This document shows, piece by piece, positions 16,482 through 30,194 of a stretch of DNA of 64,000 nucleotides (positions are counted from its first letter, which is position 1; every line of letters begins with the position of its first letter). The position numbers were made by a program, and so were the translations under genes. The notes beneath the pieces were generated by a model. It saw only the letters and a program-made list of their open reading frames with translations, did no database searches and was not told the origin of the DNA. The DNA is from Eledone cirrhosa (taxonomy: Eukaryota). The stretch lies in contig OZ024740.1 of the NCBI GenBank assembly GCA_964016885.1, forward strand, positions 34,534,001 through 34,598,000. Reading direction: 5' to 3'.

Positions 16482-18778
16482 CCTAAACTGACGGTAGTCC
16501 GTTTAGTAATATTGTTGTGGTCGTGTTTTCGTTGGCAATCGTCTGTTTACGACAGTACAGCGCGGCTCTACTTTATTTAACTGAGATAAAACTTATATGA
16601 GCATGAACAGTAGATCATTACGCATCTTTTGGCTTAAAAATCTAGAAATTTGGTCCAGCGGGAAAAAGTTTATAATCAAAGTTTGCTGATAAATCTTGTG
16701 TTCAAGTGAGTGAGTAGTAAGCGTGACGCTAGAAGAGGTAATACAGAAATGACGACGTTTGGAAAAGTTTAATTACTGCATGAAAGAAATGATTCAAAAA
16801 TTGAACTTGCCCAATCTTCACAACATTGAAAATTGGTCAAAATTTGACAAATTTGACTTCAAACCAGATATGATTCATTTGAACAATGTTGGAAATCTTA
16901 AATTGACACAAATTTTTGCCAATGTTTTTGCCACCGGATCCTTGTTCTATGGCTGACTGACTAATTTTGTGACTTAATAAAATGTCATCATGCTAGTAAT
17001 GCACAATGGTCATTTTTAAATTTAAATTTTATTAAATAGTTGTTGCTTGCATTGCCTTAAAATAGTAACAAGAATGTACACATACTTTTTAAAAATACAT
17101 CATTATCAGTCAAATCAGTCAAATGTCACTAAAAGCCAGGTGGTCGATAACAACTTCTATAAGATTAGTTACATGCTCACACATTGGATCACCTCTCATC
17201 AATGGCATTGGGTGTCTGAGATAATCGTGGAGATAACTGATGAAGTCACAAATGAAGTGATGGTGTTCCAGTGTGAACAACTCCCTATATCCATTGATAT
17301 ATGTGATGGCTTCCGATTCATAGGTGCATTTTATGAGGAATTCCATGCATCCGATTTTCAGTGATTCAATGGGCATTTTATCAGAGATGATAAGGTATTT
17401 GACCACGTTTTGCTTTGTAAGTAAATTGGAGAGAATCACTGCAGTCAAAGTCATTTCTTTGCATGGGTTTTTGTCCATTCTAAAAAGTTAAAATGATAAA
17501 GTATTACTACTATATAACTTACATCTATTGTTGTAACACCATTGAAATGCACAAGTTTCACTAATTCACTATTATGCACTAATCATCTCAAATGCATTCA
17601 TGATTTACTAGCTTTGTCATTAAGCCAGTTGCCTCAACTAGATTGCAATTATACTCAAAAGAACTTTAAAATGTCAATCACTTGTCAGTAATTCACTATG
17701 ATCATTTAATTATTAGATAGTTGTTGCTTGCATTGCCTTAAAAAATAGTAGACCAGATAGAAAAATGCGTACAGCAAAAAAAAGTAATATTGTTGGAATA
17801 TAAACCTTTAAAAATACAGGACAAGAAACTAAAATAAAACTTTAAAAGAATAGGACAAGAAACTAAGATAAAACTTTAAAGAATTGGACAAGAAATAAAA
17901 AAATTTACAATAATATTAGTGGAAAAATGTTTTTATTCGTTTCCTGTGCTATGCTCCAGTATCTTCTTGATTAGTGCATAATAATTGTCATGCTCTCATT
18001 GTGCGTTGTCCCTGAGTGGTTGGTTCTGGTTGGGGTTGGTTGGCTGAGCAGTTCTGCTCCGTCAGAATAACCATTGCAAGAAGAATTGGCCGATGCAGCT
18101 GCAGGTCTCCTCCAAGAATGCACTTCTGGTCCCGCAACACCAGACGAAGATGGAGAAGACGACCGGGACAAGATGTCGACTCTGACCACCGACTACGGCA
18201 CCTCCCTCAACCACCGGTTCTCCCTCCCTCTGTCCCGTCATCCCTCCAGTCCTCCTGCTCCCCCTTCCTGTACCAGAAAGCTGTGGCACGCATTCATCTG
18301 GACTGCCGAAATTGAACTCAAGGACAAGATGCAAGGAGAAGATGGACGGGTTGGTCAAGATCAAGGATGAGCGGGACGACAAGACCGTCCGCTGCTGCTC
18401 AAGATCTGTGCTCATGGGCCCATGGGTCCATTCACATTATGCATGACACATCAGGCGTGTCGCCGAATGATGAAATAGGGGTATGGTTATGGCCCAATTG
18501 GTGTTCAAACCAGGATCAAATGATCCCCCCGGTCTGACGACGACCTCTGAATGTGGAACCCAGAGCCTATGAATGTGGAACTCGATTTTTTACCAATAAA
18601 AATTTTGCCACTAATATTATTGTAACATTTTTTATTTCTTGTCCAATTCTTTAAAGTTTTATCTTAGTTTCTTGTCCTATTCTTTTAAAGTTTTATTTTA
18701 GTTTCTTGTCCTGTATTTTTAAAGGTTTATATTCCAACAATATTACTTTCTTTTGCTGTACGCATTTTTCTATCTGGT
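16482..18778. mobile_element. Unclassified 2.3-kb insertion containing a foldback-like unit with ~185-bp inverted repeats (17752-17937 / 18595-18778)
   Basis: Splits a Tx1 3' UTR. The inverted repeats contain ~34-bp tandem subrepeats (GGACAAGAAACTAAAATAAAACTTTAAA) and enclose a GC-richer core. Confidence 0.6.
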
Positions 18779-18835
18779 GTTATACTTTATGTCAAACCTT
18801 GTGGTCAATAAAGAAAGCATTACTAGTATTATTAT

Positions 18836-19148
18836 TTGTTGAAAGGTGGGTGAGAGAGGCAAGAATGGCCCGTATTAATGGGTCTACCCTGAGCGTGTGC
18901 CTGTAGCATTGTAGGAGGAAAACTGGAAGAGGGCATTTGCCCTAGCGGTCAGGGTAAACGTAGCTTTTCTTGAGGGATTTCTCCACGAACAACCCTCGGA
19001 GGTCTCCCACTATTGGGAATTTTTCATTGTTTCTTTTTTTCACACTCTGTTTTTTTTTTTTTTTACACGAAAAAATGCCCATTTGTATTGTTCTGTGTTG
19101 TGCTTAATGTTATACTTTATGTCAACCCTTGTGGTTAATAAAGAAAGC
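18836..19148 (+). mobile_element. Tx1-like 3' end fragment
   Basis: FVERWVREARMARINGSTLSVCL*, 3' UTR, AATAAAGAAAGC then (ATT)n. Confidence 0.85.
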
Positions 19149-19165
19149 ATTATTATTATTATTAT

Positions 19166-21259
19166 TTGCATTTATCTTGCTTTATGTTTATACGAGTTAT
19201 CACCAAGTCACAACCAGTGACCTCAAGAGACAACAAGGTCCGCCATGTTCAAGAAAGAACACACATATTCACACATGCATCCTTAGTGTTTAGACTTGTG
19301 ATGTACTTATATTGACAGGATCTTCCTTAGTATATGGGCAGTTCCCATTAGTACTATCTTTTGTATTTCTCCTATACGCGGGTTTCCTGGGATTTGCGAT
19401 AAGTAGTCGTTAGACCCTTAGGTATCATTCCCAGAGCGCCTACAACCACTGGTATTGTTTTAGTTCTCAATTTCCACATTTTTCCAATTTCTATCTCCAG
19501 GTCCTTATACTTGCTCAATTTTTCAAATGTTTTTATAGATACATTCTTGTCTATTGGAACAGACATATCAATTAGCAGGCATACCCTCCTTTGAAAGTCC
19601 TTCAATATTATATCAGGTCTATTTGCATCTATTTTTCGGTCTGTTTGGATGCTAAAGTTCCACAAGATTGAGATGTGATCTTTTTCAAGTATGGGAGGTG
19701 GTTGATGCTCCCACCAATTCTTTTGATGGGGCAGGTCAAAATGCTTACACATTATCCAATGTATGTATTGTGCAGCTCTGTCATGCCTGTTTAGGTATTC
19801 GGTTGGAGCTATAGGACTGCACATTGAAATTATATGGTCAATGGTCTCTGGTTGTTTTTTGCATACACGGCATAATGGGCTGCACCCATTTTTTATTATG
19901 TTGGCTTGGTAATTTTTTGTTGGCAGACACTGATCTTGTGCGGATATAATCAGTCCTTCAGTCTCCGATTTCAGTCCAGAGGATGCCAACCACTGATGGG
20001 TTAAAGTTTTGTCAACATCAGGATTGTTAGCTCGCTCTGGGTATTTTCCATACATAGGCTTTTCTTGCCATTTCTTAGCCAGTTTCTGTAGCAGTTCTTT
20101 CTTTGCAGTTACTTTTACCTGCTTTGCTTTTTCTGTGTTTTCCATTTCAGCAGTAAATGGGACTTCTGAAATTTGTAGTCCATTACTGTATCTTTGTGCA
20201 TCTTTTGTAATGGAATATGATCTTTTGGTGCTTTCGTGTTTCAAAACGAGTTTGATCATCCAATCATGTGATTCCCTTAGATATGTGGATAATCCAATTG
20301 TTGCAGTTTTCAACGCAATGTCTAACTGGATTAACCCACGTCCTCCTTCTTTCCTAGGGAGATATATTCTATCTATGTCTGCCTTAGGGTGATGCATTCT
20401 GTGCATGGTTAAGAATTTTCGGATTTTTGTATCGAGCCTACGGATCTCTGTGCTTGACCAGTTGATGACATTGTAACTGTAGGTTACTACTGGTATGGCA
20501 AGCGTGTTTATGGCATCGATCCTATTCCTTGCATTCAATTCCGTTCTTAAGATTGCTCTGACTCTGCGGTAACATTCCTTCCTTATCCTTTCCCTCATTG
20601 TCGAGTGCTTGATTCCGTCTCCTTCACAAACACCTAGATATTTGTAAGTTTGTTCTTGATCAAGCTCTCTTATCACGTTCCCCCGATCAAGATTAATGTC
20701 TGAACTCTTCAGCAGCTTTCCTCTGGTGAACGTTGCTTTGGCGCATTTATCCAGTCCAAACTCCATTTTAATGTCATCACTGAACTGCTTCACAGTGGAT
20801 AATAGCCCTTGCAATTGTTCATCATTTTTTGCGAATAGTTTCAGGTCATCCATGTAGAACAGGTGATTAATGGTTTTGTCATAGACTCTATATCCATGTT
20901 TTGTTTCATTGAGCATTTTACTTAATGGTATAAGTGCGATGCAGAATAAAAGCGGTGATAAAGAGTCACCCTGAAAAATTCCACAATTAATGCTAACTTC
21001 TCCAGCTTCCAGTGATTTTGTTTCACTATTCAAAAGGAGTGTCGTTCTCCATGTCCTCATACTGAATGACAAAAACCTCCTGACAACGGGGGATATTTTG
21101 AAAATCTCTAAACATTTTTCAATCCAACTGTGTGGCAAACTATCAAATGCTTTTTTATAATCTATCCAAGCAATCGATAGATTTTTGTGTCTATTATGAC
21201 AATCTTCCAGTATCATTTTGTTAACCAGAAGCTGATCCTTATTAACCAGAAGCTGTTCC

Positions 21260-21260
<1 letters not shown>
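19166..21260 (-). mobile_element. 5'-truncated Dong/R4-clade retrotransposon (RT + CCHC + RLE) in (TAA)n
   Basis: 614-aa ORF 19372-21216: WIDYKKAFDS, GIFQGDSLSP, FYMDD, CCHC, RPD..D..K..KY. (TAA)n at both ends; ~20-nt tandem duplication at the 5' junction. Confidence 0.92.
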
Positions 21261-21321
<61 letters not shown>

Positions 21322-24300
21322 GGCGACCTACGTAGGAAATCGTATTATCGTGAGCTCCGTAAAGGTTTGTTATTTCCGTTTGTTTAAAAATTGCCATTTA
21401 TGGAAAATTTTATTGTAAACTGTTTATAAGCACACATACATTGTTTTCCGAAAAGGACACCCAAAAAGATTGGGGCCTTGTGCCCAAAATTTTAACTTTT
21501 ATTATTATCCAAAAATTTCTTTGAAAAAAAATGGCTAATTCCCCTCTGCACGAAGCAGCTGAAAGCCTTCCTCACAAAATAACACCTCACACCGACACCA
21601 CCATTGTAAATGTTACTACGTTTGCCAACACAAAAAAAATATAAGCACTAGCAATATTTTAAATTTGTCTCAGGCAGACATTCATTTCCCGCCATTACCA
21701 AAGACTGCAGGTGTTAAACCCTCCACCACCACCACCGCGAAAACCACCACCACCACCACCACCGCGACAACAGAAACAAAAGAAGAAAAAAATAAATTAA
21801 CTCGTGACGTCGAAATGAAATCAAGCAAAATGGACTCTTCCCCACCAAAGACGACTGACGTCACCACCACCACAACTGAAAATAAAATTAATATTAACGA
21901 TAGCAACAACAACAACAATGACATTATAAAACCGACCCTCAGTTTCGCCATCGTAGCAAAACAATTCGAAGCGTTCACGGTAACTCAAGAAGATTTAGAA
22001 AATGCCAAACAAATGGTAAAGAAAGATGGGTACAGGGTCAGCCTCACCCCCCACCTAATAAAATGGAGCATCGGCGCCTGTGCACCGTGTCGTATAGAAC
22101 AATAAATGTAAAATCGCGCCGAGTGGAACGGGCATCCGAGTCCCAAATCCAAAAAGCTTTGGGACATGTGTGGGCAAGAAAAACCCACATCAGACGTGGG
22201 CAAAAGTATGGAACCGTGGATGTGTTCTTTGAAACACCAGAGGAGGCTAGAGAACACTCCATGGTGACCCACGTTCCACCGGCCATCGAAATTCCCTGGC
22301 TAATAGCGGCTGTCCTCGCCGGCATCGAAGCCAACACGAAAATAATAGCAGTAGCAAAAGAAAAGCAGGAAAACTGGTCCGGATCTGGGATGGAGCTCCT
22401 GATCCAAGCGGACCAAAAAAGCATTGAGGAGATCCCAGAGGTAATAGACCTCACTGACGGCAGCCACCTCACGGTAATTGTCGAGGGCAGAAGACCTAGG
22501 TGTCTCGTTTGTGGTGAAGGAACCCACCTAAGGGCTTTCTGCCCTCAGGCTAAAAGGTTGAGGCCACCTCTCCTACCCACCCCAGTGACACAACCATCAA
22601 CACCACCAGTAGCAGAGATGGCAGCAACAACTGTAGCAGCAACAACAGAAGCAACTATAACAGCAACAACCCCAGCAACAGTAGCAAAACCAACACCACC
22701 ACCACCACCAGCAAAACCAACACCACCACCACCCAACGCTTCAGAACTAGCACCAGCGCCTACACCATCCACCACACCACAACCAAAACTAACGGCTGTG
22801 GAGGATTTTCCACTCCCCGGCCTATCACAACTGGAGACAGATTGTGACGACGAGGAGTGGGAAACGATAGCCGGAAAAAAAAAAGAAACCAAAAAAGAAA
22901 AAATTCTCTTCCTTCCCCCTCCAAAAACAAAATACAGAGGGAAACAAATAAACTAAGAAACAAAAAAGTTAGGACAGATATGCCACCATCCACACCAGCA
23001 TCACCAACCCCATCAACCCAAACACCAAACCCATCACCATCATTATCCCCAGCACCACCATCACCTACACCACAAAAGTCACCAAAAAGCGAAACAGAAA
23101 CAAACCCACAACAAACGCAAACAAAACAAAACAACCAAAACGATACACACTACACAGCATTAAATTTGAACAACAAGCAATTATTACACTACATCCAACA
23201 CAACACCAGCATCACAGAAAAAGACTACACAACAACCCCAAAATTCACACCACCTCCACACGTACAAATCACTCGCATCACACAGAAAACGTACATGACA
23301 CTAAAACAAAAATTCCCCAAAGACATCGGAGACTTCCGACAAGCACTCTCCAGGAGGATTTATAAGGACATCCTTCCTGAGGAGGCCACAAGCAGTGAAA
23401 AGGATGGAAAAGCCGTCCTTCCCCTACGAGAAGTAAGGTAAGTGGTCTTTCCCATCTTTTCCACTCCTTTTCAACATGACCTCACTCAGAATAGGCAGCA
23501 TAAATGCGCGTGGCTTGGGGTCGTCATGGAAGCAGGGCCACCTGCTCAACGACCTCAGGTCACTAAACATAGATGTAGTGGCCATCAGCGAGACCAGAAT
23601 CTCCGAAGCACAGGCTTTCGCACCGATCTTCGGCGGCTACGATGTGTACGCATCTCCCAGCCGTCCGGGATCGGGGGGAGGAGTTGCTGTGCTTTTTCGG
23701 AGAGGTTTGGATCTTGCCATACGGGCCATCTTCCTGGACCCAGAAGGTAAGTTGGTGGTGCTGGACGTGACCAGCGGAGACGGGCAAGCTTTCAGGTTAG
23801 TGGCCGTCTATGCCCCGACAGGAGCAGGGCGGCCTGATTTCTTCCGGCGTCTGGAGACCTTTCTTGGAACGTCCCGCTCCTTAGTGTTAGTGGGCGACTG
23901 GAACGGGATCTTAGATGCACGCTGGGATTGTGTGGGATTAGTGGATAGGGAAGGAGGGTGCAAGAGTCTCACCAACCTGCTCAGACGTTTTGAACTGTCT
24001 GACAGGTACCGAATGGATTCCCGAATGTACCAATGTGGACTTGGACAAATCGCATAGGGTCATCCAGATCATATCTAGATAGAGTATTTTGTAGGGAAAT
24101 ACATAGGTCTAGCATAGGCTGTCCACAATTCAAGATAGTCAGCTACACGGACCACAAATTCGTGATCTGTGTGCTTGACTTAGATAGGCTTCATAGACGA
24201 GGACCCGGCTACTGGAAGCTAAACGCGTCCTTACCAGCGCGCAAGGCCTACAGAGACCGGATTAGCGAACTAGTTAAGCGGGCGTTGACGGGGGCCATCG

Positions 24301-25186
24301 TCAACAACAAGTGGTGGTTTGCTCTGAAAAGAGCAATTAGAATAGAGTCCATTAGGTTTAGTAAGACTTTAGCAATAGAGAAAAATAGAGCAGAGGGAGA
24401 ATTAGTTAGAAAATTAGATGAGGCGCTTAGCAAAGGCATCGCGACCGACGTACTTGCGGCGAAATTGGCCCTTGACCAATTCTTCAATGCAAAGCACGAA
24501 GGCTGCGTTGTCAGAGCTAGGGTGCGTGCTCTCAGACACGAGGGGACGAAAGCCGTTCAATGGGCCCGAGTGGCGGAGGCGCGTCGTGGCAACAAAGCCA
24601 CGATCCGGTCTTTGGTGGACCACGACGGGCGCATGCTACTCGATCCCGGGCAAATGTGTGAAGCTTTTCAGCGACACTTCGCTCAACTGTTCGGGGGCAG
24701 TGGCGGGCCGGATCGAGGGATGGACTTTAGTGTCTACCTCGACGGACTGCCGCGGCTTTCGGCCACTGAGGCGGAGTGTTGCGAAAAGCCGATAACAACC
24801 GCTGAAGTACGGGATGCAATGACTAGTTGCACAAGGGGCAAATCGCCTGGTTTGGATGGTCTGCCCTATGAACTTTACGTACAAATGCCAAACTTGTTCG
24901 GAGGCCTCTTGGCGGACGTCTACTGCAACTGGCAACAGAACGGGAGAATTCCCAGCTCTGTGAGCCGAGGAGCGGTGGCGCTGCTGAGAAAGGATCCGAA
25001 CAAGGGGGATAACATAGATAATTTTAGGCCCATAACTCTGCTAAACACAGAGTTCAAGATTTTGGCCAAGGTTCTAGCAAAGAGGTTGGCGCTTGTCGTT
25101 GGTGGTCTGGTGGGAGAGGCACAGACATGCGCCATTCCCGACAGATCCATCCACGACAACCTCCACCTCATGCGATACATCGTAGA
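21322..25186 (+). mobile_element. Tx1-like (L1 clade) element, family A, 5' intact and 3' half lost
   Basis: Begins right after (ATT)n. ORF1 pieces include the knuckle CLVCGEGTHLRAFC. ORF2 from 23476 has APE motifs (SINARG, ISET, VYAP, GDWN, YLD, TDH) and the RT start (KSPGLDG, FRPITLLN). Confidence 0.92.
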
Positions 25187-28100
25187 AAGTTCATAGGGCA
25201 GACCATCTAAACCAGGCGATTTACCCCTTGTGCAACTAGTCATTGCATCCCGTACTTCAGCGGTTGTTATCGGCTTTTCGCAACACTCCGCCTCAGTGGC
25301 CGAAAGCCGCGGCAGTCCGTCGAGGTAGACACTAAAGTCCATCCCTCGATCCGGCCCGCCACTGCCCCCGAACAGTTGAGCGAAGTGTCGCTGAAAAGCT
25401 TCACACATTTGCCCGGGATCGAGTAGCATGCGCCCGTCGTGGTCCACCAAAGACCGGATCGTAGCTTTGTTGCCACGACGCGCCTCCGCCACTCGGGCCC
25501 ATTGAACGGCTTTCGTCCCCTCGTGTCTGAGAGCACGCACCCTAGCTCTGACAACGCAGCCTTCGTGCTTTGCATTGAAGAATTGGTCAAGGGCCAATTT
25601 CGCCGCAAGTACGTCGGTCGCGATGCCTTTGCTAAGCGCCTCATCTAATTTTCTAACTAATTCTCCCTCTGCTCTATTTTTCTCTATTGCTAAAGTCTTA
25701 CTAAACCTAATGGACTCTATTCTAATTGCTCTTTTCAGAGCAAACCACCACTTGTTGTTGACGATGGCCCCCGTCAACGCCCGCTTAACTAGTTCGCTAA
25801 TCCGGTCTCTGTAGGCCTTGCGCGCTGGTAAGGACGCGTTTAGCTTCCAGTAGCCGGGTCCTCGTCTATGAAGCCTATCTAAGTCAAGCACACAGATCAC
25901 GAATTTGTGGTCCGTGTAGCTGACTATCTTGAATTGTGGACAGCCTATGCTAGACCTATGTATTTCCCTACAAAATACTCTATCTAGATATGATCTGGAT
26001 GACCCTATGCGATTTGTCCAAGTCCACATTGGTACATTCGGGAAATCCATTCGGTACCTGTCAGACAGTTCAAAACGTCTGAGCAGGTTGGTGAGACTCT
26101 TGCACCCTCCTTCCCTATCCACTAATCCCACACAATCCCAGCGTGCATCTAAGATCCCGTTCCAGTTGCCCACTAACACTAAAGAGCGGGACGTTCCAAG
26201 AAAGGTCTCCAGACGCCGGAAGAAATCAGGCCGCCCTGCTCCTGTCGGGGCATAGACGGCCACTAACCTGAAAGCTTGGCCGTCTCCGCTGGTCACGTCC
26301 AGCACCACCAACTTACCTTCTGGGTCCAGGAAGATGGCCCGTATGGCAAGATCCAAACCTCTCCGAAAAAGCACAGCAACTCCTCCCCCGATTCCGGACG
26401 GTTGGGAGATGCGTACACATCGTAGCCGCCGAAGATCGGTGCGAAAGCCTGTGCTTCGGAGATTCTGGTCTCGCTGATGGGCACTACATCTATGTTTAGT
26501 GACCTGAGGTCGTTGAGCAGGTGGCCCTGCTTCCATGACGACCTTAAGCCACGCGCATTTATGCTGCCTATCCTGAGTGAGGTCATGTTGAAAAGGAGTG
26601 GAAAAGATGGGAAAGACCACTTACCTTACTTCTCGTAGGGGAAGGACGGTTTTTCCATCCTTTTCACTGCTTGTGGCCTCCTCAGGAAGGATGTCCTTAT
26701 AAATCGTCCTGGAGAGTGCTTGTCGGAAGTCTCCGATGTCTTTGGGAAATTTTTGTTTTAGTGTCATGTACGTTTTCTGTGTGATGCGAGTGATTTGTAT
26801 GTGTGGAGGTGGTGTGAATTTTGGGGTTGTTGTGTAGTCTTTTTCTGTGATGCTGGTGTTGTGTTGGATGTAGTGTAATAATTGCTTGTTGTTCAAATTT
26901 AATGCTGTGTAGTGTGTATCGTTTTGGTTGTTTTGTTTTGTTTGCGTTTGTTGTGGGTTTGTTTCTGTTTCGCATTTTGGTGACTTTTGTGGTGTAGGTG
27001 ATGGTGGTGTTGGGGCTAATGATGGTGGTGGTGTTGGTGTTTGGGTTGATGGGGTTGGTGATGCTGGTGTGGATGGTGGCATATCTGTCCTAACTTTTTT
27101 GTTTCTTAATTTATTTGTTTCCCTCTGTATTTTGTTTTTGGAGGGGGAAGGAAGAGAATTTTTTCTTTTTTGGTTTCTTTTTTTTTTTCCGGATATCGTT
27201 TCCCACTCCTCGTCGTCACAATCTGTCTCCAGTTGTGATAGGCCGGGGAGTGGAAAATCCTCCACAGCCGTTAGTTTTGGTTGTGGCGTGGTGGATGGTG
27301 TAGGCGCTGGTGCTTGTTCTGAAGCGTTGGGTGGTGGTGGTGTTGGTTTTGCTGGTGGTGGTGGTGTTGTTGGTTTTGCTACTGTTGCCGGGGTTGTTGT
27401 TGTTATAGTTGCTTCTGTTGTTGCTGCTACAGTTGTTGCTGCCATCTCTGCTACTGGTGGTGTTGATGGTTGTGTCACTGGGGTGGGTAGGAGAGATGGC
27501 CTCAACCTTTTAGCCTGAGGGCAGAAAGCCCTTAGGTGGGTTCCTTCACCACAAACGACACACCTAGGTCTTCTGCCCTCGACAATTACCGTGAGGTGGC
27601 TGCCGTCAGTGAGGTCTATTACCTCTGGGATCTCCTCAATGCTTTTTTGGTCCGCTTGGATCAGGAGCTCCATCCCAGATCCGGACCAGTTCTCCTGCTT
27701 TTCTTTTGCTATTGCTATTATTTTCGTTTGGCTTCGATGCCGGCGAGGACAGCCGCTATTAGCCAGGGAATTTCGATGGCCGGTGGAACGTGGGTCACCC
27801 TGATCTTTACGAGTCTCTGGCCACAATAGCTTGGGACGAGTGTGAAGTCGTCACTTCTTAATGGGGCCATGGAGTGTTCTCTAGCCTCCTCTGGTGTTTC
27901 AAAGAACACGTCCACGGTTCCATACTTTTACCCACGTCTGATGTGAGTTTTTCTTGCCCACACATGTCCCAAAGCTTTTTGGATTTGGGACTCGGATGCC
28001 GGTTCCACTCGGCGCGATTTTACATTTATTGTTCTATACGACACGGTGCATAGGCGCCGATGCTCCATTTTATTAGGTGGGGGGGGGGGGGAGGGGGTGA

Positions 28101-28830
28101 GGCTGACCCTGTACCCATCTTTCTTTACCATTTGTTTGGCATTTTCTAAATCCTCCTGAGTTACCGTATATGCTTCGAACTGTTTTGCTACTATTGCAAA
28201 ACTGAGGGGCGTTTTTATAATGTCATTGTTGTTGTTGTTGCTATCGCTATTTGTGTTAATATTAATTTTAGTTTCAGTTGTGGTGGTGGTGACGTCAGTC
28301 GTCTTTGGTGGGGAAGAGTCCATTTTGCTTGATTTCATTTCGACATCACGAGTTAATTTATTTTTTTCTTCTTTTGTTTCTGTTGTCGCGGTGGTGGTGG
28401 TGGTGGTGGTTTTCGCGGTGGTGGTGGTGGAGGCTTTAACACCTGCAGTCTTTGGTAATGGCGGGAAATGAATGTCTGCCTGAGACAAATTTAAAATATT
28501 GCTAGTGCTTATATTCTTTTTGTGTTGGCAAACGTAGTAACATTTACAATGGTGGTGTCGGTGTGAGGTGTTAATTTGTGAGGAAGGCTTTCAGCTGCTT
28601 CGTGCAGAGGTGAATTAGCCATTTATTTCAAAGAAATATTTTTGATAATAATAAAAGTTTAAATTTTGGGCACAAGGCCCCAATCTTTTTGGGTGTCCTT
28701 TTCGGAAAACAATGTATGTGCGCTTATAAACAGTTAACAATAAAATTTTCCATAAATGACAATTTTTAACAAACGGAAATAACAAACCTTTGCGGAGCTC
28801 ACGATGATACGATTTCCTACGTAGGTCGCC
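25186..28830 (-). mobile_element. Tx1-like family A, second copy in inverted orientation, 3' half lost
   Basis: Reverse complement of 21322-~24875 with independent indels; its 5' end GGCGACCTACG abuts (ATT)n at 28831-28893. Confidence 0.92.
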
Positions 28831-28857
28831 AATAATAATAATAATAATAATAATAAT

Positions 28858-28893
<36 letters not shown>

Positions 28894-28894
<1 letters not shown>

Positions 28895-30193
28895 TTTTCT
28901 TTATTAACCACAAGGGTTTACATAAAGTAGACATTAAGGACAGTACAGGACAATACAGGACGGTACAAATGGGCATTTCTGCGTGTAAAAAAAACAGAGG
29001 ATGAAATAAAATAACAAAGAAAAATTCCCCAATAGGGGGGAGACTTCCGAGGGACATTCGTGGAGAAAGCCCATTAAAAAGCCACAGTGACCCTAACCAC
29101 CAGGGCAAGTTCCCTCTCCCAGTTTTCCACCTTTAATTTACAGACACATACTCAGAGTAGGCCCATTCACTCGGGCCATACTTGCTTCTCTCACCCATCT
29201 TTCAACAAAATGCTGGGAAGAGAGCACTTCCCTCTCTACCCTGATTTTCCTTTTCAAATGAAATTTGAAAAAGTTAATCAGGGCATCACCTAAGAGGTAA
29301 TTGCTCGTCTTCAGCCCTTTCAAACGTGTCCACCATACTATCTCTTTCGCCATGGCCACCAGACAGATAAAAGCTGCCTGCCCTTCCCGGCTAAAGGAAG
29401 AGGGCGGTGCAATCCTCACGATGGACTCAGCTGATAGCTGGATCCGTCCTACACGTGACAGCAGCTGTTGGACATAAACCCACAAGTCAGCAATGCTCGG
29501 ACACTGGACGAGTGCGTGCAGGACGGTTTCGTCGCCCTGCGCGCATCTCGGACATGCCCGGCTGACGGCACCTCCATGCCTGTAGAGTTTATCCCGAACT
29601 GGCAAAGCTCCCCGGTAGCACTGCCAGGCCAGGGATTTCTGGAGGTTGTCCATAGGCCCCGGTCCGAAAGTCCTTCCGAAGAGATTGGCTAGTTGATTTT
29701 CGTCGACGCCTAGAATTTCTCTAAGTACGTCGTCGCTCTTCCCCTCCACTAATCCTCTATAGAACGCCAAGGTGGAGTTTCCACCGATCACATTGCCCGA
29801 TTGGTCGAGGGCTGTGAGCGCCTGAAGACTTTCCAGTCTCCAAGCGCTCCCTCTCGGTCTTCGCTTGACCCAGGACTGCAGCTCCGTCAAGGAGACGAGC
29901 TGGGGAAAGACGTGTCTAGCAAACGGCGACCACACCTGATCACCGTCGAGGAAGAGGTGGAGATGTCGTAGCCTGAGCGCGTGTCTGCGCATCATCAGCC
30001 ACGGCATGCCAAGCCCTCCACGTAGCGGGTGTTGACAACAGATGGACGGCCTGACCATCGGAGCGCATCCCTTCCACAAAAAGCGAAAGAGCAAACGCTC
30101 CAGTGCAGTCAGGCGAGGCTTTGGGCAAGGCACGACGGTGAGGCGGTAGTAGATGACGGACGCGATGTACGCATTTGCCACCTCCGCTCGACC
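28894..30193 (-). mobile_element. 5'-truncated Tx1-like element (ORF2 C-terminus with zinc finger + 3' UTR)
   Basis: ORF 29138-30181 with CPRC...ETVLHALVQC; near-identical to ~35137-36434. Confidence 0.9.
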
Positions 30194-30194
30194 T

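Noticed and set aside
16477-16500. piggyBac terminus (TTAA followed by TCCT)
   Set aside because: No matching TTAA or inverted terminus at the other end of the insertion.
24920-25186. Novel C-terminus of the 566-aa minus ORF
   Set aside because: Read-through across the inversion junction into the antisense of the forward copy.
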